From positions 12,338,001 through 12,402,000 of the forward strand of contig OZ210885.1 of assembly GCA_964658305.1 (NCBI GenBank): 64,000 nt of DNA, written 5' to 3'. How positions within the stretch are numbered: the first letter of the stretch is position 1; each line of letters begins with the position of its first letter. Below the pieces are notes generated by a model, which searched no databases, was not told the DNA's origin, and saw only the letters and a program-made list of their open reading frames with translations. A program made the position numbers and the translations under genes. Below are positions 47,430 through 58,200 of the stretch, one piece after another. Source of the stretch: Leptogorgia sarmentosa. Lineage: Eukaryota.

Positions 47430-47796
47430 TCGCCCCATGTGAGGTAATCCGGAATCCGGAATCTAAATTTTTTTTGGCTTTGGAATCCGGAATCCAGCAG
47501 TTTGGAATCAGGAATCCAGGGAGTGGGATCCGGAATCCAAGTATCTTAGGGATCCGGAATCCAGACACATAGCCGTGCTGGAATCCAGTTTTTATTTGTT
47601 TTAAACCGACAATTTTTCTTTTTGCGTGCTGTAGTTTATATATGTTAAAAGCATAAAAACGCCTGTGGAGGAGGTAGCTACAAGTCTGGAATCCGGAATC
47701 CATGGAGAGGAATCCGGAATTCAAGGTTTGGGATCCGGAATCCAAATACGGGGATCCCGAATCCAGATATCTTCCGGATTACCTCACATGGGGCGA
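47430..47796. mobile_element. MITE carrying many GGAATCC heptamers
   Basis: Perfect TIRs TCGCCCCATGTGAGGTAATCCGGAA; flanking direct repeat AACTCT (or ACTC if the TIR is extended by 1 bp). Confidence 0.9.
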
Positions 47797-47899
47797 AACT
47801 CTCTGTCTTACCTAATCGATTATCTGCAATGTTTCTATATACTGATATGAAATACGTTGACGATGTTATAAACGTTGCTATAAACGGCTAAAATGTGGA

Positions 47900-48488
47900 G
47901 CTTGCCGATTTTTATTGGCACGGCAATAACCATTTACACTTGCATTTTTACCATTTTTTATGGCGATGGCACTGCATGAAATGTAGATCGGCACACACAA
48001 TAGTCCGAAACGGCGATTTTTCATTTCGTTAATCACGTTTTCTACACAATTTCATCTATTATCGGAAATCATACATGTGTTCAGGGAAGTCTTATTTTAC
48101 CTGGATTATCCCATTCCGTAATTGCTCTTGTGTCTTTCGATTATAACAGTATTACTTGTTATTCTCCAAAGATAATCTAATTTCTTCATCATTCCAAATA
48201 TTTAGCAGAGCTACTGTCTCTGGCCATTTAATGCATCTATTATTTTTCAATTTTGTCTCACCTTTCTTTTCTGCGATTTTGAAAAACGTACCGAGCATGC
48301 GTACATAAAAACAAACTGGTATCATTTTGTATGGCACGGCATTTGTCCAACTATGTTCTGGGTCTCGGCACGGGTAGAAACAGAAATTTACACACAGAAA
48401 TTTCCTGGTGCCGTGCCAATAAAAACCGGCACACGTTCCAAATTTTAGCCGCGCCGCGCCAATTCATGTGTAGTGTAAATGGGCCTTT
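47900..48488 (-). mobile_element. Degenerate Harbinger-like element with Myb/SANT-like (trihelix) coding remnant
   Basis: Right end TGTAGTGTAAATGGGCC-TTA. Minus-strand remnant KWPETVALLNIWNDEEIRLSLE resembles the W...E...LL.IW helix of Harbinger accessory proteins. Confidence 0.5.
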
Positions 48489-48619
48489 AGTGCCACGTAG
48501 TTTGATGTTAACTGCATATTAAAATATGGAGTGCATAAAAATGTTATGAAGTTCATTGAAAGTCTTTTTAAAATGCGTATACTTAATTCACGTATATTTT
48601 ATTTGTAGATCCCTGAATA

Positions 48620-49214
48620 ATGGCAAGCGGTGCCAGTTATATATCAGATGAAGAATCCAGATGGGTTGTAACAGGTATTTGCCTTACCAAAGTTGTCACT
48701 CCCACCTTAAGGAAAGTTGTCGATGCAGAATTGAAGAGCTGGTATCAAGACTTATGTAAACCACCTGTTGAAATTGACAAACAAGTTTTCGGAAAGCAAA
48801 TTAAAACGCTGCCACCATCAACGTTGTCTTTACAATATAAAAACATCAACGGTAATGATGTACACAAATCTCCTGCATATGACTACGCGGTGAAAGATGC
48901 TCTGTCTTTGGCAAAGTTGTTCGTTCAACCCTTCATGGCAAAGTTTACAGGTTTTGACGATACAATGGATCTTTCTGCTTTACTGACTATCATCTGTGAA
49001 GCAGATCCATTCATAACATCTGGTGCCTCAGTGTACGCAAAGAATGTAAGGTCAAAAGTGAGAAATGAGTGGGCTCATTGTGATTTTTCCAATTGGACCA
49101 ATGTCATGTTGAATGATGCAATTCAAGACATGGAATTCTTGATGAAAAACATTAAGTTATCACCTGATCTTGAAAAACAGGCGTGTGATGATCTACAGGA
49201 ATGGAAGAATAAAG
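48620..49214 (+). CDS. Gene 2 exon, N-terminal HEPN-like domain
   Basis: Helical ~200 aa with DLSALL..I and VRSKVRNEWAH (RxxxxH at 49061-49078); donor G|GTATCA. Confidence 0.8.
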
Positions 49215-52200
49215 GTATCAGTTTAAATCACAGCACACGTGGCCAGCGTAGGTTTAGTTTTATCGTTTCGGTAGTGAGATTATCCTTCCTGCTCTTGTTC
49301 GTTATTCTGAAGTGATAATATCAGTACAGTTTTCCCGAATACCCATACCGGAAATTTCTCATACCAAACAGTACTAACTCTGGGAATTCCTTATTACTGC
49401 AAATACGGTACCTGTGCTATTGTATTATTTGCTTGATTTAATAATATACTTTTTCGTTCTTAGTTTCGGACGTTTTTGTTGATGGTCGTTACTTAAAATT
49501 ACTTGACGAACTTCGTCGAAGTGGTGAAACCTGGCAGTTTGAAGCAGACAAAAAGGTTTGAGAAAAATCTAATATTCCCCCTAACAATAGCTAAATTGGT
49601 ATTATATAGACCAGTTCAACAAGCAGACCATATTTTGCTTTACGCGGGTGTTACATGAAAGTTGACCCCTTTTCGGGAAGTTGTCTCCCTCCGGGACATG
49701 AAAAATCATGAAGATAATTTCCACAGGTTAGCCGTAAAGGTTGTTTTTTGCCAAAGGTGTTTAGGAGTTGTAATTGATTGTACGCACGGTGATCGTTATT
49801 GCGTGATAAAAAAGGGATGTTTTTTAGCTGATTTAAAATGTACATGCAGTAACCACGTAAAATATTTAGCGATAGCACGCTAAAAATACCTTTTAAGTGA
49901 TCCTTAACTCAGGCACCATTAAACACTGCTTACTCTTAAAAATATATTGTATTTCGTTTTGAAATGCAATAAACGGCTAAAATTATACAAAATTCCAAAT
50001 AGCTGGAATTGTTCTTTAAATGTGAAAGAAGACGCTTGCCAAGCGTTTGTCCTCGAGGAGAAGTTGCGGTTTCCGCCAACAGTACTGGCGCATTTTCCGA
50101 AGGGAATGGAGTATGGCTACGTACACGCCATTGGTAAACAATTTTAAATTCACGACACTGGAAAGCCCAATATCGACCTCCATCAATGCATATCCAAGCA
50201 GTCGTTTTGTTTTGCCTATACCTACGTAGTTGACAGAAATGAGAATTTCGTCTAGAAAGCTCCACTGCCCTTTAGTTCTGATCAATAACGCCCAGAAGGC
50301 GTTTTAGTTTTGACCGAATACGCCTAGAAACCACGCAGCCGTTTACTTTTGATCGAGTACGCCTGTAAACCGTAAGTGCGTGGACCGTTTAGTGCGATTG
50401 ATGGCATGACGGCCGCTCAACTAACCAAGAGACGACTGCGAAAGATGCAGCCAATTGGGATTCCAGTTCTGCTCGCAGCATTCAAATTACAATACCTAAT
50501 TCTAGCTGGTATTCGACTTTACTTCTATGTCGACCAAGCATTCAATATGTCGTCCTCACTGTGAGGTACATGCATTTCATAGTTTTTGACAGATCTTGAA
50601 GCAGAAAAAAGGCTAATTGACAACAGAGGAAAAAACTCTAAAAATGCCAGTGGCGTAGCAATAGCGATAATCTTGTTCACATACCGTACGGCACTGAAAA
50701 ATGCATGCTTACATACTAATGCTTACTTACTTACATTGCCCGAAATCCCTATAAAACACTGCAGCTGTATACTTCATGTTGTAAAGATATATCACTTATT
50801 TATGTGACATGTCACTTTTATCTTTCCAGATGGATGAAGTGGTGGAAGAACTTGACAATTTAAAGTCAAGACTGTTTTGCAAAATTGAAGAGGTTGTTGA
50901 AGAAAAACTTCAACATAATACAAAGGAGCTTAATGAGAAAATTGAACGGAACACAGATGAAATCGAATCTCTTCATAAAATTCTTGGAACAGAGCATTCA
51001 GATTATGCAGAGAAACCAGGTATTGTTTTTATGGCTGTAAAATTAGTTAAACTGTATTTATGCAAAACATGTTATGCAGCAAAATTAACCTTTTGAGTAT
51101 CTGGATCTGTCAGGCAATTCATTAAAAATTTGGTTCCAATTCTGGATTCGAACACCCAGCTCCTCGTTTGTCGCCAATTATATGCTGGATTGAGTAAATG
51201 GCAAAAGAAATACGATATGAAAACATCGCAAATTTCGCGCGAATCCGATGTTTCTCCGAATAATTTTCCAAACACACTCTCCCCCTCGAAAAAAAGCGAA
51301 AAAAAGAACTGCGCGGTATCAGTGGTCAACCAAATAAAAAAAGCAGGTGAAGAGCCAACTCAGCTCTACTGCAACGAGAGTGCTTGAATGACAATGTCAG
51401 ATATTTAAGTTTCATTTTTCCATTTATGTCAAAATACCGAATTCGTATATTTTTATTGTCATGTATCTCGAATTCAGAGTTCAAATATACAAATTATGAG
51501 AACTGATGGAACAGAGAGAGCGCAATTGTACTATGCGTTGTGTTCTAGTGTACCCTTTCAGCAATTTCCATCCACCAAAGGCATTAGAGGTATTATTATA
51601 ATTTCCATCCTTCAGGTATTAGAATGAGTCATGTTTATGAAATGAAAAACAAAAGTTAAGACATTTCTTGTACTATTCACCATAAAATATATATGTTACC
51701 AAAATCGATGTTAAATACAGGACAACGTTTTATTTTGTAGTTTTGGTGTTCGTTTGTGCATGTGTATATCAAGTCATGTTGAACTGTTTAAAAACTTGTG
51801 AAGAGATATCTTTTGAATGAATAATCTCCATTCATTTACTATACATTTTTTGAGTTCAGTTGTACTCATCCAGCATAACTCGTTTATTTCCTATGTTAGG
51901 TTGGTATGGTTTACGCAGTCTACCTCGTGACATGGTGACAAGACCATCAGAAGTGAACGAGATATTGAAGTTACTTACGGAGGGAAATAGTAAAGTTGGT
52001 GTGGTGGGAAGTCGCAGCGGTGACGTCGTTGGTATCCGTGGTATGGGGGGTCTGGGTAAGACCATCTTAGCTCTGGCTGTCGCATGGGAAGTTTCAGTTT
52101 CACGTCAAGTGATATGGCTTGATGTTGGGGAAACTCCTGACTGTTTAGCACTGATTAACATCTTAATAAAAGTTCTTGGTGGAGCAAAACCTTTCAGTGT

Positions 52201-55200
52201 TATCCGTGAAGCACAAGACTGGATTAAAAAGAACACAGTATGTATGCATTCGAATTTTTTGGGTTCAAAGCCAATTTCAAACAAGCCTTATTTTTATTCT
52301 TCCCAGACAAGCTCGCGTAAAGCCCGTTTTCCACTCACATATTTGGCCGCCGCTGGCGAATAATTTTGCCACCGACAAATCTCAGTAATTCAGTGGCGAA
52401 TGAATATAAAACATCATAATTATTCTTGTCAATTTTTTTCGCGAAATAATGTAGTGGAAAATAGGCTTAAGGTTAAAGCATTACCATATTATTTAGATTA
52501 TTATAAAAGGTACATGTTGTTTAAATAATATGGTATTACTTTACCCGTAACTTGTCTTGGAGTCCGCTGGGTCGTCCAGGGGTTAGTAACTTATCCACAT
52601 TTGGTGAGGTTTGTAACTTACGCACTCGCTGAGGCGAACTCGCGATGTCCGAAAACTGTATTTCCCGCATTTTCTTCGCTTAAATAAGACCTTTGGGAAT
52701 TAGCTTGGAATTTGCATTGAAAATTAATGAATATCAAATTATGCATTAAATTAATGGGTAATCACGCAGGAAGCAGCGCATAATCCAGTTCTCGCAGTGA
52801 CAACACTGCGGGCAGCAAATTCAACAACACTTTAATAACTTGTACAACATGCTCCATATTTCGAGTCGATTGAATCAAAATTCGTGAAAAGAACATAGTT
52901 TTTGTGCCCAAGTTATTTTTAAAATGCTCTCCAGCATGAACATTTCCCACTCTGAAAAAGAAAGAAAAAAGATTTAAATAAACTCAGTGCGAGATGTACC
53001 AGAGGGTGTTAATCTGCATAGGTTAACTGAACGTTTTCACAGATTTCGTTAACGCACGTTAATTTAAGGAATACTTCATACACTAAACTTTTTTTTGACA
53101 CGCCCTGTATTTAGTCCTTGTTTCGCTTGGTTGTTCGAGATTCTTGGCTCCGCTGTGTAACCCTTGAATTAAAAGTACTATTTAATATATCTTTAATCGG
53201 ATTTGCATAGGAGTTAATAATGTACGTGGCGCGTTCCTTAAACACTCTCTAAAGTTTTAATAAGCTGAAAGGTATAGTCGTACTGCAGTGAAGTCATTTC
53301 CAGGCTGTCTAGTGTGAAGACACTCAGCAAAAAGACCATACAGTATCTTACATGTAATATTTTTCTATCTATTGCAGAGCGATAAAGAATGTCTTGTAGT
53401 TCTTGATGATGTTTGGAATGTTAACGACGTTGCTGTGTTTGATACCTTGTCTGAAAAATGTCAGTTATTGATAACTACCAGAGATGTCAATGTTGTCCGA
53501 GGTTCAAGAGGATTTGTCTACGAACTCGATATAATGGAACAGGATAAATCTCGAGAGCTCTTTTTTCAAAGTGCTGGGATTAACCAAGATGAACTGCCTA
53601 GCTTTAGTCCAAGAATGCAGCAAATTATTGAAGAACTATTGAAACAGTGCAAAGGCCTGCCGCTGGCCCTCTCACTTGTTGGCTCGAATTTAAACGGGAA
53701 TCGGTCGGAACAGGCTTGGCAAGATATTTTAGATGGATTTACTACTGATTTGGAAGAACTTCATTCAATGGTTGCCACCGACAATTATCCTTATGATAAC
53801 ATCGTTACAGCCATTAATATTAGCTTTGAACGCTTAGAACAATGGGAACAAGAAAAGTTCCTAGATTTTGGTATATTTCCAGAAGATACAAATATACCTT
53901 CAGATGTACTGGAGCTGTTTTGGTCCGCAGAAGGAGCCGTTAGAACATCGTGTGAATCTAGGAAAACAAGACGTATACTTGATGCTCTTGAAAGAAAATC
54001 CATGATTCAAAAAGGTACACGAGCGAGTTTTAATTTAAGGAAGTTATGTGAAAGCCATTTTTTTGTAAATCCTCGCATTAAAATTACTCCTAACCGCAAG
54101 TCGTGCATTGAATAACTGTCCTTTAAGTCAGAAGTCAACTTGCAAACAGTTTTTAGCGTTGTATTACTATTTATTAGTCAGTTTTAGAAAAACGAAAACC
54201 TACTGTCCGTTGGATGTGGCTTGTCAATGTACCAATGTCAGTAACTGATTGATGCTTGACGTCCCAATAATCTTTTTTTCAGGTCTTCAACTTCAAGAGA
54301 AGACAAGCTATCGTGTGCATGATTTACTGCTGGATTTTGCCCGGAGAAAACTTAAAGTCACGGGCTCACTAACTGGTGTTCAGCGTTTGTTTGTGGAGAC
54401 ACTTCGTGGCCAATGCGTGAACGGTGAATGGAATGAAAATTCAACTACCGCGCAAAAAGATTATTACTTCAAGTTCCTTCCCTATCACATCTCCTCCTCA
54501 GAACAACACGGTGAACTACTTCAACTGTTCTTCGATTTAAACTGGCTTCAACAAAAAGTGAAACACATTGATGTACCCTCCGTCGTATCAGATTTTCGTT
54601 TTTTGGGCACATTGTCACAAGAAACCCAACTCCTCAAATCATCGTTAATGTTTTCTTCCCACGTTATCGAGAAGAATGCTGATTCAATCTGTCCACAACT
54701 GCTAGGTAATAAAATAATGAACTTTATTTTATCCAGTTTTCCTATAGTTTAGTTTACTTTTGCATTATCATTACCATTCCATTCTTTCCCCCATGCTACA
54801 GTCGTGGGAAAAAAATTGTAACAGCCCCAAAATCAAGGTGGGAGATTTCACGTAGTAACATTGAATTCGGGGGGGGGGGGGCGTTGGTTTACAACAAGGT
54901 TTGTCCAAGATTCAATCTTGAACAAAAGCGTTGTAACTTCCCACCCCCCAAAATCAATGTTGATGTACGCCGCTGCTTATTTTCTTTTCGTAAACATTCG
55001 AAGAATTTCAGCTAGCTCGAAATTTGCCCAGACGGTTAGGCGCGCGATGTGTCTGTCGCAGTTTTATAGTTCAGTCCCGGTTCAACGCTTATTCGTGCTA
55101 TAGTGATTTCAAGTTAAAACTTTTTTCCCAATATTTTCCCGACTTTTCTTTTTCGGGTTTTCGGGATCTGGGTTGGGATCAAGCGTAGTTTATGTCTTTT

Positions 55201-58200
55201 TAAATTTGTAATAAACTAGGCAAAAAGCGAGCAAGAAGATTTTTCTGAAGATTTTTGAGTAACACTTAATGTGTTTCTTTGGAAAGACAGTTTATCGGTC
55301 TTTTCACGGTTTTGAAATCGCAAATCTGCAAGTAATTTTTACAAGTTAAATACTTCATTCCGTTTAATAAAACTGTTCGATATCAATATCCATATGTAGG
55401 TCCAACTTTTCCGTCGTGTGTTTGAATATGTATCAATTATTGACAGTTTTTTAAGGCAAATAAAATGATTGAAATCTGTTTTCTTCTGTTCAAGTGGTTC
55501 AAATTCATCTTATTTCTATTTTTACTTGTTCATTTTAACGTCAGGTTGTTTTCATCCAACTTTTGTATTCTAAAATGTGGCATTTGGTAAAAAACGACTA
55601 ACATTGAACCGATTAACGACGTATACAATTTGGTCATTTTATTATGGCGATTAAAATGTTTGCTAAGAATTAACGCAGCTAAAACCTGTTGAGTTATTTA
55701 GACGCACGCTTGTCAATCAAAATAAAATTCAGAACTAGCAAGGAAAATATGTTTGAACACAAGCATTCATATGTGACGTTCTGGAGAGGAGGGGAAAACA
55801 GCCCAGATGTCGTCCTCAACAGAACATGTGCGACGTCCTAGTCTAAACGGGAAGTAAAACATCTCCCATGCCACGCCATTTTCACGTCCCCGCTGACTTC
55901 GCGTCGTGTTTCGTGTTTGCTAAAGCCCTGCAATGTTTTGTTGCGATTTCACGTGGCAACATTGAATTCTGGAGGAAAGAGTTGGATTTACAACAACTTT
56001 TGTCCAGGATTGTATGCCTCAGCTTGCTATGGAATGCTCTTTCTTGGCCTTTCTTGCCCCGTAATTTTCCCCTTCCCGCACACTTCTTGCGTTGTCTTAC
56101 CTTCCCTTCCCTTGTCTTGTCGTACATTGCGTCACGCGCAACCAGAACCTGTATTATTTGGTTACAGACTGAAAATAAAAAAACAAACCAGCGTAATCAT
56201 GGGAATTCCATACTGTACTCATCTTCGGGTAAAGGAAAACATCTGCCCAAGTCTGGCACTTTACTTCACCTTAACCTGGCTTTCTACAACCATAAACTAT
56301 CAACGAAGCTTGACCGAAGTTTCATGTTGTGCGATAATAGAACAAGTAATGATGTAATTCAGTTCCGTGAAGCAATCGTGCGGTAGAAATATACTTCAAA
56401 GGGTATTATGGATTGCAGAAAAGAGCGACTCGACGGTTTGAGATTCCTCGTTGGCTTATAAGATAATAAACGGGCTGACACCATTTATGTATGTCTAACG
56501 TACATTTGGAATTTTTCAAATGCCAACTCTGATATTCGCACGAGATCTACTCGATTCTCAAACTGAAATTTCCTATGGCCCCATTATGTGAAAATCACTG
56601 AATCGCGACGACGTTTACAAATGAAAGGTTTTGAAAATTCATCTAATATTAATGTTGAATTATTGAAGCAGAGATTTGTGTTACTGCAGACGCAAAGAGC
56701 TAATAATTCCGCATGTCCTACGAGAGCTGAATTCAATAATATTATAGACAATTCCCATTATAGACGAGATTTTTGAAAACAATGTCGTATGTGAGTTTTC
56801 AATATACAAAAAAATTACGTCTAAATGTCATATACGTTTTTTGGCGAACGGATATAACCATTTCATACACAGCTCTTAACCAATCAAAACTCTTCAAAGA
56901 AATAATATCGTAATTTTGCTATAAAATAAACAATCATTGGATGAGGCTGAGCATGATATCAAGAATTATTCAGACCTCGGTCAATGTTATCGACCTCAGC
57001 GAAGCTGGGGCGGATAACATTGACCGAGGTCTGAATAATTCTTGATATCATGCGAAAGCAAGCGAAAGCCGAATCGAATAATTGTTTTATTATACATTTA
57101 AAAGAGAGTTCACTTTCTGCAGGCCATTGTTTGTTTGTTTTTTCGCGGGCTTTTAGCTTCAAGCTTTTGACAGCGCTAGGGCTTGGGCACGAGAGAGTCC
57201 AATAATATATTTTTTGGATGCAAGTTCGATCCAAAAAAATAATTATTGGACGCTGATGACGTCATCGGCGGAAAATACGTAATAAATACCGAATACTGAG
57301 AATTAGCCGGTGCTTTCTGACCAATCAGGAACAAGAATAAATTTTAAATGTATAATAATGTAAATCATAACTTGTTTTATCAGTTTTACTTTTTTCTATC
57401 AAAAAGCTATCCATTTTAAAAATTAGTTGCAAAGGCAAGAACGATAATATGTAGGCCTAATTTTATGATTTTGCCAGGATATATCATAAGACTGTTGTGT
57501 ATATTTATTTTCCAGGCAGGCTGCTATCGTATCAAGAGTATCCAAGCATAAAAACGATATTAGAGCAACTCCGTGAAACATGCACGAAGACCTGCTATCT
57601 TTTACCGGAATCTTCGTGTCTGGATCTCGGAGGCTCTGAGATATCGCGAAAGACGTTTGATACGTCCGTAGCCTCATTAGCCACGACCAATGCTGCAGGC
57701 TGTACTCTAGCCATTTGTGGTTTAGAGAATGGTTCAATCAGCGTCTTAGACCAAGAGACAGGTATGCAAGCCTAAATTAAGCATGCGAAAAGCTGATTAT
57801 TCTAAAAAACGTAAGTTTGTGCGACGTTTTCGAGGGTTTAAACTCAACCAGTGTTCTTGAAACTTTCAAAAGCAATACACAACTCGACAAAGTTTCCGTT
57901 TTCTCAACTCAAAATGACTTTTAAGCCTTTAAATTTCGTGCGCAAGACATTTTTTGTTGGAAAAGACACGTATCCCTCGATTTTCCAAATTTAAATTTCA
58001 ACATTTTATTGTTTATTCTACATTATTATAAGTGCCCAAACAATGAAGATCGTTTCAGTGTTTGTCTATCGCTTACATTGCTGTTTAAGTTGCTATAGGG
58101 ACGTAATAGTATAAATGGAAGTTAGCGGTGTAAACAGAGTGTAGCTGATGGGTTTGTTAATGTAGTTACTTGTCTCAATCATTTATTTTATCGCTGCAAT

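Noticed and set aside
47445..47770. GGAATCC repeats as a CRISPR-like array
   Set aside because: Units are 7 bp with no unique spacers, lie inside TIRs, and the DNA is eukaryotic with no cas genes.
55868..56386. Overlapping 146-172 aa ORFs in a gene 2 intron
   Set aside because: No recognisable motifs or usable splice phases; probably decayed transposon sequence.
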